Assembly (NCBI GenBank): GCA_041905795.1
Contig: JAYRKL010000007.1
Coordinates: forward strand, 112,572-176,571
DNA from: Rhodospirillaceae bacterium
GTDB taxonomy: Bacteria > Pseudomonadota > Alphaproteobacteria > Rhodospirillales > Rhodospirillaceae
Direction: 5' to 3'
Length of the DNA stretch: 64,000 bases
The stretch's first letter is position 1. Every line of letters begins with the position of its first letter. This document shows, piece after piece, positions 19,237 through 30,151 of this stretch. A model generated the notes under the pieces. The model did not search any database. It was not told where the DNA came from and saw only the letters and a list, made by a program, of their open reading frames with translations. The position numbers and the translations under genes are program-made.

Positions 19237-20258
19237 CGCCGCGAACTCCGCGCCACATTGGCGAGCTGGATCAGGGCCCGCTCGATCACCGCGTCGGCCG
19301 GCATATCGGTGCTCTTGGCGGTCATCTCGGCGTCGTTGAGCAAGTCCAATGCGCGCGCCAGCAGCGGTTCGGTCCATTTGTTGACCTGGCCCACAAACCG
19401 CGTCTTGAACTTGAAGAACACCGGCGGGCGCAGGCTCATGAGCGCACCTTCCAGAGTCTTGCCCTCGGCCATGCGGCCGCGGGTTTCATGCAGGCGCAGC
19501 ACATGGCGCGCCGCGGCGGTGAGGATGCTGATCGACGATGTGCCCTCGCTGGTGAGCCGCGCATAGACCCGCTGCACGGTGGCCTGGTCGCCGTCGCCGA
19601 CAGCGTAGATCAAGTCGTCGAGGCCCATGGCGGCGGTGTCGCCGATACAGGCCAGCACGTCATCCTCGGTGACGGTCTTGGCGTCACCCATGTAGATCGC
19701 CAGCTTTTCCAGTTCGCGGCGGCTGAGTTCGCGGTCGCCGCCCAACCGGTCCGTGAGCCAGGACAACGCGTCGGGGGCGATGGTCAGCCCGGCGGCCCTC
19801 AGGCTTTCGCGGATGACCGCTTCCAGGGTCTGTTCGGTGTCGGCGTAACAGGGCAGCGCCGCCGCGCGTTCGGCTTTCTCGAAGGCCAGGCGCAGTTTGG
19901 AGCGCGGGCTCAAATCATCGGCGGTGATCAGCACCAGCGCTTCACCCACCGGCTCTTCGGCGAAAGCGGCGATGGCCTCGGCCACGGTATCGGTGGCGCC
20001 GCGGATGCGCACCACCCGCCGCCCGCCGGTGAAGGCGAGCGCCGCGGCTTCATCGCCGAGACGCGCGGGATCGTCACGCAAGGCTTCGGGCGCGATGTCG
20101 CTGATGCGGAACGGATCGTCGAGACCGCCGGCCACGGCTTTGGTCAGCGCGTTGAGCCGCTCGCGCACCAGGCCGGCGTCGGGGCCGTAGATCAGGATCG
20201 CGGCCAGGGCCGGGTCGGGCTTGGCGATGAACGCCTCGGCGCGTCCCGTAATCTTCAT
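19233..20258 (-). CDS. holA: DNA polymerase III subunit delta
   Basis: HolA-like length and sequence ('ILIYGPDAGLVRE'). It follows lptE-leuS as in most Proteobacteria. Confidence 0.85.
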   Translation of the reverse strand: MKITGRAEAFIAKPDPALAAILIYGPDAGLVRERLNALTKAVAGGLDDPFRISDIAPEALRDDPARLGDEAAALAFTGGRRVVRIRGATDTVAEAIAAFAEEPVGEALVLITADDLSPRSKLRLAFEKAERAAALPCYADTEQTLEAVIRESLRAAGLTIAPDALSWLTDRLGGDRELSRRELEKLAIYMGDAKTVTEDDVLACIGDTAAMGLDDLIYAVGDGDQATVQRVYARLTSEGTSSISILTAAARHVLRLHETRGRMAEGKTLEGALMSLRPPVFFKFKTRFVGQVNKWTEPLLARALDLLNDAEMTAKSTDMPADAVIERALIQLANVARSSRR

Positions 20259-20795
20259 TTAGTGCGCGCCGGCCTGAGTCTTGGCGCGTTTGACGAAATA
20301 CACCGCGAGGCGGGTCTTGATGGCCTGACCGGCTTCGCGGATGGCGCGTTCCTCGGCATCCGCTTGGGCGGTGACGGTGGCGTATTGGTCATCGAGGATG
20401 TTGTAGCTGACGGTGCTCTGCACCCGGTCGCCATAGACCCGCTGGCCGCCTTCGTTGAGGTAGAAACTCGCCGACAGGATGAAGTTGGCGCGCGACGCGG
20501 TGGCGTCCTTGCGCACGCCCAGTTCCTCGACCCGGGTGGTGAGGGCGACGTCGAGGTCGTATTGCGCCGCGCCTTCCTGGCCGCGCGGCTGCAACTGTTC
20601 GCGCAGCACCTGGCGCAGGCGCATGCCCTGGCGGTCGGGCAGCTGGCGGATGGACACATGCGCGAGTTCCGCCACCACGCCCGGTCCGCCGGCCACGCCG
20701 TTCTCGCCGTACAGCGGCGTGAAGCCGCAGCCCGCCAAAGAAAGGCCGAGAGCGGTGCCGGCGATCAGGGCGGCGAAGGCGGTGTTGCGTTTCAT
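20259..20795 (-). CDS. lptE: LPS-assembly lipoprotein LptE
   Basis: Lipobox 'LSLAGCGF'. It lies directly downstream of leuS with a 4-nt overlap, the conserved position for lptE. Confidence 0.8.
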   Translation of the reverse strand: MKRNTAFAALIAGTALGLSLAGCGFTPLYGENGVAGGPGVVAELAHVSIRQLPDRQGMRLRQVLREQLQPRGQEGAAQYDLDVALTTRVEELGVRKDATASRANFILSASFYLNEGGQRVYGDRVQSTVSYNILDDQYATVTAQADAEERAIREAGQAIKTRLAVYFVKRAKTQAGAH

Positions 20796-23401
20796 GCAGC
20801 CACGATATTGACGATCTTCTCGGGCACGACAATGACTTTGCGCGGCGGCTTGCCGTCCAGCAGCTTCTGCACCGCCGGCAGCGCCAGGGCCGCGGTTTCA
20901 CAAGAGGCTTTGTCCGCGCCCTTGGCCACGGAGATGGTCCCGCGCAGCTTGCCGTTCACCTGCACCGCCAGGGTGACCACGTCGTCCTCCAACAGGGCGG
21001 GGTTGAATTCCGGCCAGGGGTTGGCGACCAATAATGTCGTGTAGCCCAGCAACTGCCAGACTTCTTCGGCGATATGCGGCGTGATGGGCGCCACCAGCCG
21101 CGTCACCACTTCGACGCCGTAACGATACACCGCGTCGCCGCCGGCGGCCTTGCGGTCGAGGTCGGCCAGGGCATTGGTCAGTTCGCGGATACGCGCCACC
21201 GCCGAGTTGAAACGGAACTTCTCCAGGTCGTCACCCACCGCGGCAATGGTGCGGTGGATCTGGCGATTCACCGCCGCCGGGCCCGGATCAAGCGTGGCCG
21301 GGACGGGACCGGTCTGGATCTGGCTCGCGGCCGTGGCCAGGCGCCACAGACGGTTCAGGTAGCGCCAGGCGCCTTCGATACCGGCGTCGGTCCATTCCAG
21401 GTCGCGTTCCGGCGGAGAGTCGGACAGCATGAACAGCCGCGCGGCGTCGGCGCCATAGGTCTCGATGATGGCCTGCGGATCGACGACGTTCTTCTTGGAC
21501 TTGGACATTTTTTCAGAACGTCCAACCGTCACCGGCGCGCCGTCGGAGACACGCACCGTCGCGCCGGCCTCTTTGCGCACATCGCCCGGTTCCACCCAGG
21601 CGCCATCGGCGGCGCGGTAGGTCTCGTGGCACACCATGCCCTGGGTGAACATGCCGTCGAAGGGTTCGCGCAGATCGAAATAGCCGCAGTCGGACAGCGC
21701 GCGGGTGAAGAAGCGTGAATACAGCAGGTGCAGCACGGCGTGTTCGACGCCGCCGATATACTGGTCCACCGGCAGCCAGGCTTCGGCCTGTGCGCGGTCG
21801 AAGGCCTTGTCGGCCAGCCTCGGGCTGCAATAACGCGCGAAGTACCAGGACGATTCAAAGAAGGTATCGAAGGTATCGGTCTCGCGCTGCGCCGGGCCGG
21901 CGCAGGTCGGGCACTTGGTGTGCTTCCAGGTGGGATGGCGCGCCAGCGGATTGCCGGGGACGTCGAAGGTCACGTCTTCCGGCAAAGTCACCGGCAGGTC
22001 CTTGTCCGGCACCGGCACCGGGCCGCATTTCTCGCAGTGGATGATGGGGATCGGGCAGCCCCAGTAACGCTGGCGCGACACACCCCAGTCGCGCAGGCGG
22101 TATTGCACCGTGCCCTTGCCGCGGCCTTCGGCTTCCAGTTTTTGGATCGCCGCGCGCTTGGCCGGGTCCACCTTGAGACCGTTGAGGAAGCCGGAGTTCA
22201 CGATCACGCCGTCGCCGGTATAGGCCTCGTTGCCGGCTTCCAGATTCTTCGTGAACGCCGCCGCGTCCTCACCTTGCCCTTTATCTTCTGGCGCGACCAC
22301 GCATTTCACCGTCAGGCCGTATTTGCGCGCGAACTCCATGTCGCGTTCGTCATGGCCGGGGCAGCCGAAGATGGCGCCGGTGCCGTAAGCCATCAGCACG
22401 AAGTTGGCCACATACACCGGAACCGTCGCGCCCGCGATGAACGGATGCTCGGCCTTGAGGCCGGTGTCGAAGCCCAGTTTCTCGGCGGTCTCGATGGCGG
22501 CGGTCGAGGTGCCGACCTTGGCGCAATCGGCGATGAAGTCGGCGAGCGCGGCGTTGTGCTCGGCCAGTTTCACGGCCAGCGGATGCTGCGCGGCGATGGC
22601 GCAGAACGAGGCGCCGAACAAGGTGTCGGGCCGGGTGGTGAACACCTCGATGGACTGGCCGGTCGATTTGCCCGTGGACTCTTGGAGGGGCCACAGCACG
22701 CGCGCGCCTTCGGACTTTCCAATCCAATTGTGCTGCATAACGCGGACTTTTTCCGGCCAGCGGTCCAGGGTCTCGATGGCCGTCAGCAGTTCCTCGGCGT
22801 AATGGGTGATCTTCAGGAACCATTGGCTCAGCTCGCGCTGTTCCACCGGTGCCCCGGAGCGCCAGCCCTTGCCGTCCACCACCTGTTCGTTGGCGAGCAC
22901 CGTGTGCTCCACCGGATCCCAGTTCACCCACGACTTCTTGCGGTAGGCCAGGCCCGCTTTCAGGAAATCGGTGAACATCTTCTGTTCGTGTTTGTAGTAT
23001 TCGGGCTCGCAGGTGGAGATCTCGCGCTTCCAGTCGTGCGAGAAGCCCAAGGGCGCCAGCTGGCCCTTCATCACGCCGATGTTCTGACGGGTCCATTTGC
23101 CCGGATGCACGCCGCGCTCCAGCGCCGCGTTCTCCGCCGGCAAACCAAAGGCGTCCCAGCCCATGGGGTAGAGCACGTTGAAACCCTTGGCGCGTTTGTA
23201 GCGCGCGACCACATCGCCCAGGGTGTAGTTGCGCACATGACCCATGTGGATGCGCCCCGACGGATAAGGGAACATCTCGAGCACGTAGTACTTGGGCTTG
23301 GTGGAAGACTCTTCCGCGGCGAAGACATTGCCCGCGGTCCAGGTCCGCTGCCACTTGGGCTCGGACTCGGCGAAATTATAACGCTCTTCAGGTGACGACA
23401 T
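20792..23401 (-). CDS. leuS: Leucine--tRNA ligase
   Basis: '[15 protein letters not shown]' (HIGH) and 'KMSKSKKN' (KMSKS) motifs, 869 aa. Confidence 0.97.
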   Translation of the reverse strand: MSSPEERYNFAESEPKWQRTWTAGNVFAAEESSTKPKYYVLEMFPYPSGRIHMGHVRNYTLGDVVARYKRAKGFNVLYPMGWDAFGLPAENAALERGVHPGKWTRQNIGVMKGQLAPLGFSHDWKREISTCEPEYYKHEQKMFTDFLKAGLAYRKKSWVNWDPVEHTVLANEQVVDGKGWRSGAPVEQRELSQWFLKITHYAEELLTAIETLDRWPEKVRVMQHNWIGKSEGARVLWPLQESTGKSTGQSIEVFTTRPDTLFGASFCAIAAQHPLAVKLAEHNAALADFIADCAKVGTSTAAIETAEKLGFDTGLKAEHPFIAGATVPVYVANFVLMAYGTGAIFGCPGHDERDMEFARKYGLTVKCVVAPEDKGQGEDAAAFTKNLEAGNEAYTGDGVIVNSGFLNGLKVDPAKRAAIQKLEAEGRGKGTVQYRLRDWGVSRQRYWGCPIPIIHCEKCGPVPVPDKDLPVTLPEDVTFDVPGNPLARHPTWKHTKCPTCAGPAQRETDTFDTFFESSWYFARYCSPRLADKAFDRAQAEAWLPVDQYIGGVEHAVLHLLYSRFFTRALSDCGYFDLREPFDGMFTQGMVCHETYRAADGAWVEPGDVRKEAGATVRVSDGAPVTVGRSEKMSKSKKNVVDPQAIIETYGADAARLFMLSDSPPERDLEWTDAGIEGAWRYLNRLWRLATAASQIQTGPVPATLDPGPAAVNRQIHRTIAAVGDDLEKFRFNSAVARIRELTNALADLDRKAAGGDAVYRYGVEVVTRLVAPITPHIAEEVWQLLGYTTLLVANPWPEFNPALLEDDVVTLAVQVNGKLRGTISVAKGADKASCETAALALPAVQKLLDGKPPRKVIVVPEKIVNIVAA

Positions 23402-23489
23402 CGTTCATCTGCCTTGGTTGAGGCAGTCCACGATGATCAGTCCGGGCATGCCTCGAATGTGAGAAGCCGCGCCGTTCAGACTTGGCGGG

Positions 23490-24020
23490 CTAGTTATTTT
23501 CCGGAACGGCCCTAAGTCGCAGGTCGCGGGCGCGGGTCAGCACCGCGTTCTCGAACTCGGTGGACACTTCGGGGCCCACGGAGGCGTCGCGCCACTGGCC
23601 GCCGGCGTCGCGCTGCTGGCGGAAGACGGTGATCTTGAGGCCATCGGCGCGCAGGACGCGCGACAGGATGTAGACATTGACCTTGAAACGTTCGTCCGGC
23701 GCTTCGGGCGGCGCGTACCAGTCGGTCAGGATCACGCCGCCAAAGGGATCGGCCGAGGCCAGCGGCATGAAAGCGATGGTGTCGAGGGACGCGCGCCACA
23801 GGAAAGCGTTGATGGCGACGCTTTCGCCGTCCTTTTTGGAGCCGAACAGGGCGTTGCCGCCGCCGCCGCCGGTGAAGGAACCGTCGCTAGGGGCGGCGTC
23901 GCGGTCGCGCCCGCCCGAGGGCGCCGCCTGGTAGCTGCGGTCGGAGCCGCAGCCCACAAGCAGGGCAGCCGTCGCGGCAAAAGCCACAATTTTCAACGAT
24001 ACCAAGGCCTTAGCCGACAT
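23490..24020 (-). CDS. DUF3576-like lipoprotein
   Basis: Signal peptide plus lipobox 'ALLVGCGS' and conserved 'LWRASLDTIAFMPLASADPFGGVILTDWY'. Start set at the internal ATG (MSAKAL). Confidence 0.75.
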   Translation of the reverse strand: MSAKALVSLKIVAFAATAALLVGCGSDRSYQAAPSGGRDRDAAPSDGSFTGGGGGNALFGSKKDGESVAINAFLWRASLDTIAFMPLASADPFGGVILTDWYAPPEAPDERFKVNVYILSRVLRADGLKITVFRQQRDAGGQWRDASVGPEVSTEFENAVLTRARDLRLRAVPENN

Positions 24021-24250
24021 CTTGATCCGCTCCACAAGGGCATCCGAAGCGCGTCCAGGAAAAGTGGGCACCGGTTTTCCGGCCGGACACGCGACAAAAT
24101 AACAAGGCCAAGCAGGGTTCGGGAGGGTCTCCCGGCCCGCACGGCGAGGGCGTTTATAACCAACTGAGAGGGTCTTCGGAAGACCCGGCGCGCGCGGCTC
24201 AACCCCTTTTAAGATAAGGCTTTCGGCGCAGGAAACCGTGTACGCCAACG

Positions 24251-25105
24251 TCAGCCGAACCGGCCCGTCACATAGGCCTCGGTGCGCGGGTCCGCGGGCT
24301 TGGTGAAGATGTCCTCGGTGCGGCTGAATTCCACCAGTTCGCCCATCAGCAGGAAGGCGGTGAAGTCCGAGACGCGGGCCGCCTGCTGCATGTTATGGGT
24401 GACGATGGCGATGGTGTACTGGGACTGGAGGCTGTCGATCAGCTCCTCGATCTTGGCGGTCGAGATGGGATCCAGGGCCGAAGCCGGTTCGTCGAGCAGC
24501 AGCACCGAGGGGCGTACGGCGATGGCGCGGGCGATGCACAGGCGCTGCTGCTGGCCGCCGGAGAGCGACAGGCCGCTCTGGTTCAGCTTTTCCTTCACTT
24601 CGTTCCAGAGGGCGGCGCCCTTCAAGGCTTCTTCCACCCGGCCTTCGATCTCGCTCTGGGACAGGCGCTCGTAGAGGCGCATGCCGAAGGCGACGTTGTC
24701 GAAGATCGACATCGGGAACGGCGTCGGGCGCTGGAACACCATGCCGATGCGCGCGCGCAAGAGGTTGATGTCCTGTTTCGGGGACAGGATGTCCTGGCCG
24801 TCCAGGAGCACGGCGCCTTCGGCGCGTTGGCCCGGGTACAGGTCGTACATGCGGTTGAGCACGCGCAAGAGCGTGGATTTGCCGCAACCCGACGGCCCGA
24901 TGAAGGCGGTGACGCGCCGGTCGTAGATGGAGAGCGAGATGTCCTTCAGGGTCTTGTGGCTGCCGTAATAGAACGCGAGGTTCTTGATCGAGATCTTCTC
25001 GGTCAGGCTGGCGGGATCCATGGCGCGCGGGCTGGCTAGCGATATGCCGCGGAACTGGGTCGTGACGCCGGGGGCTTCCGAAGGACGATCCATGCTCATG
25101 CTCAC
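24251..25105 (-). CDS. pstB: Phosphate ABC transporter ATP-binding protein PstB
   Basis: Walker A 'GPSGCGKST', signature '[14 protein letters not shown]' and '[18 protein letters not shown]' PstB tail. Confidence 0.93.
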   Translation of the reverse strand: MSMSMDRPSEAPGVTTQFRGISLASPRAMDPASLTEKISIKNLAFYYGSHKTLKDISLSIYDRRVTAFIGPSGCGKSTLLRVLNRMYDLYPGQRAEGAVLLDGQDILSPKQDINLLRARIGMVFQRPTPFPMSIFDNVAFGMRLYERLSQSEIEGRVEEALKGAALWNEVKEKLNQSGLSLSGGQQQRLCIARAIAVRPSVLLLDEPASALDPISTAKIEELIDSLQSQYTIAIVTHNMQQAARVSDFTAFLLMGELVEFSRTEDIFTKPADPRTEAYVTGRFG

Positions 25106-25944
25106 TGCCGTGCCGATGACCGCGACGTCAAGAGACGGGCGGCGATGTTGAGGACAAGAATTGTAGCCGTGATGATCAATGCGCCGCCCCAGGCCAGCCT
25201 GCGCCAGTCCTCGTAGGGGCTTAAGGCGAACTGGAAGATCACCACCGGCAGGTTGGCCATGGGCGCGTTCATGTCGGCGCTCCAGAACTGGTTATTGAGC
25301 GCGGTGAACAGCAAGGGTGCGGTCTCGCCGCTGACGCGGGCGATGGAGAGCAGGATGCCGGTGACGATGCCCGACCGCGCCGCGCGGTAGACCACATGGC
25401 TCACCACCTGCCATTTCGGCGCGCCGAGGCCGGCGGCGGCTTCGCGAAGTGAGTCCGGCACCAGGTTCAGCATGTCCTCGGTGGTGCGCAGCACCACCGG
25501 GATGACGATCAGCGACAGGGCCACGGTGCCGGCCCAGGCCGAGAAATGGCCCATCGGCACCACCATCAGCTCATAGACGAACAGGCCGATGATGATGGAC
25601 GGCGCCGACAGCAGGACGTCGTTGATAAAGCGGATCAGCGAGGCGAGAGGATTGCTCTTGCCGTATTCGGCGAGATAGGTGCCGGCGAGAATGCCGACCG
25701 GCGTGCCGAAGGCGATACCCAACAGGCTCATGACAAGACTGCCGTACATGGCATTGAGCAGGCCTCCCGCATTCCCCGGCGGCGGCGTGCTCTCGGTGAA
25801 AAGTTCGAGCGACAGCGAACTCACGCCGTTGACCACCAAGGTTCCGAGGATCGCCAGCAGCCAGAACAGGCCGATGAGCGCCGCGCCGCTGGATGCGGCC
25901 AGCGCCAGGCGGTTCTTCATCTTGCGGCGTTCGTACAAGGTCAT
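25102..25944 (-). CDS. pstA: Phosphate ABC transporter permease PstA
   Basis: PstA-like permease with the '[12 protein letters not shown]' EAA motif. It is overlap-coupled to pstC and pstB. Confidence 0.92.
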   Translation of the reverse strand: MTLYERRKMKNRLALAASSGAALIGLFWLLAILGTLVVNGVSSLSLELFTESTPPPGNAGGLLNAMYGSLVMSLLGIAFGTPVGILAGTYLAEYGKSNPLASLIRFINDVLLSAPSIIIGLFVYELMVVPMGHFSAWAGTVALSLIVIPVVLRTTEDMLNLVPDSLREAAAGLGAPKWQVVSHVVYRAARSGIVTGILLSIARVSGETAPLLFTALNNQFWSADMNAPMANLPVVIFQFALSPYEDWRRLAWGGALIITATILVLNIAARLLTSRSSARQ

Positions 25945-26939
25945 GTGCGTTTGCCCGCGTTGCGCTGCATGCGGATCAGCATGAGCTTGGCGAAGGCCAG
26001 CACGGTGAAGGTGATCACGAACAGCAGGAGGCCGAGCGCCACCAGGGAGCTGGTGTAGATGTCTCCGACGGCTTCGGTGAATTCATTGGCGATGGAGGCC
26101 GAGATCGTGGTGCCGGGGGCCAGGATCGAGGGGCTGATGCGGTGGGCGTTGCCGATCACGAACGTGACCGCCATGGTTTCGCCCAGCGCGCGGCCCAGGC
26201 CCAGCATGATGCCGCCGACCAGGCCGACGCGGGTGTAGGGGATGACGATCTGCCACACCACTTCCCAGGTGGTGGCGCCCAGGCCGTAAGCGGATTCTTT
26301 CAGCAGCGCCGGCACGGTCTCAAAGACATCGCGGGTGACCGAGGTGATGAACGGCAGCACCATGATGCCGAGGATCAGCCCGGCGGTGAAAATGCCGATG
26401 CCGTAGGGCGGACCGCCGAAGAAATCCTTGAGGACCGGCACGTCGGCGAACAGGGCGATGATCCGCGGCTGGATGTTTCTTTGCAGGAACGGCGCCAGCA
26501 CGAACAGGCCCCAGATGCCGTAGATGATGCTGGGGATACCGGCCAGAAGCTCGATGGCGATGCCGATGGGGCGCTTCAGCCACTCCGGCGCCAGTTCGGT
26601 GAGGAAGATGGCGATGCCGAAGCTCACCGGGATGCCGACGATCATGGCGATCGCCGACGTCATCAGCGTGCCGTAAATGGCGGCGCGCGCGCCGAAGATT
26701 TCGCGGACCGGATTCCAGCGTTCGGTGGTGAGGAAGTCGAAGCCGAATTTCCGGAGCGCCGGCAGCGCGCCGTCCACCAGCGACACGATCACGCCGCCCA
26801 GGATCAGCAGCACCAGCAGCGCGAAGCTCAAGGTCACATAGCGGAACGCGTTGTCCAGCCGGCGCTGTTTCTGGATGCGCGCGCCGATCTCGGGATGGAT
26901 CCCGGAATGAAGCGCCATGGTTTCGGTGGGCTGGGTCAT
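25941..26939 (-). CDS. pstC: Phosphate ABC transporter permease PstC
   Basis: PstC-like permease with the '[12 protein letters not shown]' EAA motif. Confidence 0.92.
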   Translation of the reverse strand: MTQPTETMALHSGIHPEIGARIQKQRRLDNAFRYVTLSFALLVLLILGGVIVSLVDGALPALRKFGFDFLTTERWNPVREIFGARAAIYGTLMTSAIAMIVGIPVSFGIAIFLTELAPEWLKRPIGIAIELLAGIPSIIYGIWGLFVLAPFLQRNIQPRIIALFADVPVLKDFFGGPPYGIGIFTAGLILGIMVLPFITSVTRDVFETVPALLKESAYGLGATTWEVVWQIVIPYTRVGLVGGIMLGLGRALGETMAVTFVIGNAHRISPSILAPGTTISASIANEFTEAVGDIYTSSLVALGLLLFVITFTVLAFAKLMLIRMQRNAGKRT

Positions 26940-26967
26940 GAACGGGTCTGGAAGCGGAACAGGAAAC

Positions 26968-26993
26968 GGGGAGAGGCGAACGCGCCTCTCCCC
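26968..26993 (-). terminator. Strong intercistronic hairpin between pstS and pstC (attenuator / mRNA-stability element)
   Basis: 11-bp perfect GC-rich stem GGGGAGAGGCG / CGCCTCTCCCC with a 4-nt loop. On the minus strand it is followed by GTTTCCTGTTCC. Confidence 0.6.
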
Positions 26994-27019
26994 GGCAGGT
27001 CAGAGATGCTTATAGAGCC

Positions 27020-28093
27020 TTACTTGGCGGCTGCCCACGCGGCCTTGCCGTCGGCGCCTTTGATGTCGCCCCAGGTCTTTTCGACCATGGACACGACATT
27101 GGCGGGCATCGCTACATAGTCCAGTTCGTCGGCCATCTTACCGCCGTTCTTATAGGCCCAGGCGAAGAACTTGAGGGCGTCGCCCACGGCCGCGGCGTTC
27201 TGCGGCTGGCGATGCACCAGGATGAAGGACGCGCCGGTGATCGGCCAGCTGTCGGCGCCGGCCTGGTCGGTCAGCACCAGATAGTAACCCTTGGCGTTGG
27301 CCCAATCGGCGCCGGAGGCCGCCGCCTGGAACGCGGAGGCCTTCGGCTCCACGGTCTTGCCGTCCTTGTTGATCAGGTTGATGGTGGTCATCTTGTTCTG
27401 CTTGGCGAAGGCGTATTCGACGTAGCCGATGGCGCCGTCGGTCTGGGTGGTCATGCCGGCCACGCCTTCGTTGCCCTTGGCGCCGATGCCCGAGGGCCAC
27501 TCCACCGAGGTGGCCGCGCCGATGTCGTCTTTGAAGGCCGGGCTCACCTGCGAGAGATAGGTGGTGAACAGGAAGTTGGTGCCCGAGCCGTCGGAGCGGT
27601 AGATCGCGGCGATGGCGGTGGACGGCAGCTTCACGTCCGGGTTCAGCTTGGCGATCCTGGGATCGTTCCACTTGCTGACCTTGCCCATGTAGATGTCGGC
27701 CAGGGTGGCGCCGTCGAGCTTCAACTCGCCGGGCTTCACGCCTTTGATATTGGCCACGGGCACCACGCCGCCCATGACCATGGGGAACTGGATGAGGCCG
27801 TTCTTGTCGAGGTCTTCGGGCTTCAGCGGCTGATCGCTGGCGCCGAAGGTGACGGTCTTGGCGGTGATCTGCTTGATGCCGCCGCCGGAACCGATGGACT
27901 GGTAGTTCAGACCGACGCCGGTTTCCTTCTTATAGGCGTCTGCCCATTTGGCGTAGATCGGATAGGGGAACGTGGCGCCCGCGCCCGAAATGTCGGCGGC
28001 CATGACGGCGCCGGCCAGGATTGAGCTGGACAGAGTCGCGGCCGTCGCCAGGGCCAAGACGCCGTAAGCGATCTTTTTCGTGAATTGGTACAA
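27020..28093 (-). CDS. pstS: Phosphate ABC transporter substrate-binding protein PstS
   Basis: Signal peptide followed by 'ISGAGATFPYPIYAKWA' and 'GSGGGI' PstS motifs. Confidence 0.93.
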   Translation of the reverse strand: MYQFTKKIAYGVLALATAATLSSSILAGAVMAADISGAGATFPYPIYAKWADAYKKETGVGLNYQSIGSGGGIKQITAKTVTFGASDQPLKPEDLDKNGLIQFPMVMGGVVPVANIKGVKPGELKLDGATLADIYMGKVSKWNDPRIAKLNPDVKLPSTAIAAIYRSDGSGTNFLFTTYLSQVSPAFKDDIGAATSVEWPSGIGAKGNEGVAGMTTQTDGAIGYVEYAFAKQNKMTTINLINKDGKTVEPKASAFQAAASGADWANAKGYYLVLTDQAGADSWPITGASFILVHRQPQNAAAVGDALKFFAWAYKNGGKMADELDYVAMPANVVSMVEKTWGDIKGADGKAAWAAAK

Positions 28094-28171
28094 GCATCAC
28101 CTCCTGGTTCCTGGGACCCGGAGCTTCCGGAATCCTGACGGCGGCGATGCTAAGAACCGGCGGCGACCGTA

Positions 28172-28200
28172 GTGTTACGGATATATGATAGATATATGAC
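28172..28200 (-). promoter_or_regulatory. Pho-box-like PhoB binding site upstream of pstS
   Basis: The minus strand reads GTCATAT-ATCT-ATCATAT-ATCC-GTAACAC. These are three 7-mers at 11-bp phase, 79-107 nt upstream of the pstS ATG, in a locally AT-rich patch. Confidence 0.6.
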
Positions 28201-28363
28201 GTTCTTTGCCGCAGGCCGGCGGCGCAGGTCAGACAACAACTCTGGGTTTTGTGTCCCCAAAGCTTCATAAACCCTACATATTTCAGACTGGGGCCTAACT
28301 CCAAGCACTCCCACAGTTTTCTGCAAATCACGACACCAAAACACCCGGCACCGGCGGTTCCGG

Positions 28364-28392
28364 TTTCATAAAACCGTAACCGCAGTGTCACC
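28364..28392 (+). promoter_or_regulatory. Weaker Pho-box-like repeat upstream of the porin gene
   Basis: TTTCATA-AAAC-CGTAACC-GCAG-TGTCACC has the same 7+4 periodicity and lies about 135 nt upstream of the porin ATG. Confidence 0.35.
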
Positions 28393-28525
28393 AAAACCAG
28401 CGCATTGGCTGCCTAAGGTCCGCCGCGCCTTGCGCCCGAACTGTTGTTCCGGCAGCAGTTTCTGACGCCGAATCGCCCCGGAACCGCCCCGTCCCGCAAC
28501 CGGACGCGGGTCAAAGGAGAAAGAC

Positions 28526-30052
28526 ATGAGACGCATTTATGTCGCCGCGGCGACACTGCCGATGATCCTGGCGCCGGTGGTGTCGGCGCCGGCCTCGGCT
28601 GCGGACAACACCGCGGCGCTCTCGCGCCAGATCGAGCAGCTCCAGGAACAGCTGCGCTCCCTGCAGCAGCAGCTCGATGCGCTCAAGGCCGCCAATGAAG
28701 CAGCCCGCGACGCGGTGGCGCGCGAGGCCAAGGAACGCATCGCCGCCACCAATGCCATCGCCAACGCGCCGGCGCCGCAAACGCCGAAGGTCACGGAATC
28801 CGCCACGCACCGTTTCACGCTGTCGAGCGCCGACGGCGCCTGGACCATCGCGCCCACCGGCCGCATCCATTTCGACATCGGCGGCTATCTCGATCAGAAA
28901 CCCCAGGGCGCCACCGGCCTCGGCACCGATTCCGGCGGCCGTCTCACCAGCGGCCTCAATGTCCGGCGCGCGCGGCTCGGCGTCACCGGCAAGGCCATGA
29001 GCGATTTCACCTATTCGCTGATCATCGACGCCGGCGGCTCCACCGACAACGCCACGCTGCTGAACACCGCCAGCATCGGCTACACCGGTATCGCCAACAC
29101 CGTCATCGAAGCCGGCTATATGTCCTCGTATTTCACCCTGGACGAGGCCACCAGCTCCAACGACATCCTGTTCCTGGAACGGGCATCGCCCACGGCGCTC
29201 ATCGCCAACATCAATGTCGGCGATCCGCGCGCCAACCTCGGCTTCCGCACCTGGGGCCCGACCTGGTGGTTCGGCGCCTATCTGACGGGATCGAAACCCG
29301 GCGACGCCCACGCCCTCAGCCAGCGCACCTTGGGCGCTTACGCCCGCGCCACCTATCAGATCATCCAGAACAGCGACATGTCGCTGCATGTGGGCGGCGG
29401 CGTCGACCGCGTGTTCCGCGCGCCCAACGCCGGCGCCAACACGGCGGAATCCCTGACGCTTGCCAACCAGGCGGAACTGCGCATCGATCCCACCAACACC
29501 ATCACCACCGGCGCGCTCGGCACCGGGGCCAATCCGGTGGACAAGGCGACCATGGCCGGCGCCGAAGTGGCCGGCACCTACGGCCAGTTCTATTGGCAAG
29601 GCGAATACTACCGGTACGACATCCACCGCCTGGGCCGCGCCGCGGCCAAGTTCGACGGCGCCTACGCGCAGGTCGCCTACACCATCGGCGGCAAGCACAT
29701 CTACACCGTCGCCTGCGGCTGCTACAGCGGCGTCAATCCCACCACGCCGTTCAGCCCCACCAAGGGCGGCCCGGGCGCCCTCGAATTCGCGCTGCGCTAC
29801 AGCTGGATCGATCTCACCGACCGGTACAACAGCAGCATCCCGCTGGCGTTGCAGCCCGACGCCGTCAACGGCGGCCGCCAGGCGGCGGTGACGGCGGGTC
29901 TGAACTGGTACTGGAACTCGAACATGCTGTGGAAGCTGAACTACATCCACACCAACCTGCATAAGGCCAATCCGCGCACCGGCGGCGGACCGGGGGTCGC
30001 GGCCGGGCTCGACATCGACGCCCTGGCGGTGCGCTGGCAGGTGATGTTCTAG
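28526..30052 (+). CDS. Phosphate-selective porin O/P family outer-membrane protein
   Basis: Signal peptide, an N-terminal coiled-coil 'QIEQLQEQLRSLQQQLDALKAANE', then a beta-barrel ending in 'VRWQVMF'. It is divergent from pstS. Confidence 0.85.
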   Translation: MRRIYVAAATLPMILAPVVSAPASAADNTAALSRQIEQLQEQLRSLQQQLDALKAANEAARDAVAREAKERIAATNAIANAPAPQTPKVTESATHRFTLSSADGAWTIAPTGRIHFDIGGYLDQKPQGATGLGTDSGGRLTSGLNVRRARLGVTGKAMSDFTYSLIIDAGGSTDNATLLNTASIGYTGIANTVIEAGYMSSYFTLDEATSSNDILFLERASPTALIANINVGDPRANLGFRTWGPTWWFGAYLTGSKPGDAHALSQRTLGAYARATYQIIQNSDMSLHVGGGVDRVFRAPNAGANTAESLTLANQAELRIDPTNTITTGALGTGANPVDKATMAGAEVAGTYGQFYWQGEYYRYDIHRLGRAAAKFDGAYAQVAYTIGGKHIYTVACGCYSGVNPTTPFSPTKGGPGALEFALRYSWIDLTDRYNSSIPLALQPDAVNGGRQAAVTAGLNWYWNSNMLWKLNYIHTNLHKANPRTGGGPGVAAGLDIDALAVRWQVMF

Positions 30053-30151
30053 ACTCTGTTTCCGCTTCCTTGAATCGGAAACAGAGTCTAGGTCTTTGTT
30101 TGGTCGCATGTTGAGCGGCCGAACCGGTTTCCACTTCGGCCTAACATGCTC
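30049..30151 (+). repeat. Two-hairpin intergenic repeat element, copy 1
   Basis: Identical to 39787-39881 except for a 6-bp indel (gcttcc). Hairpin 1 is CTAGACTCTGTTTCC/GGAAACAGAGTCTAG, starts at the porin TAG stop and is followed by GGTCTTTGTTTGG. Hairpin 2 is GCATGTTGAGCGGCCGAA...TTCGGCCTAACATGC. Confidence 0.9.

Noticed and set aside
29865-30134. Short ORFs sharing 'METGSAAQHATKQRPRLCFRFKE' (also 39469-39864), and 'LEHVRPKWKPVRPLNMRPNKDLDSVSDSRK' peptides.
   Set aside because: The shared peptide sequence arises from reading through the two copies of the intergenic repeat element. The flanks differ and show no coding signal.
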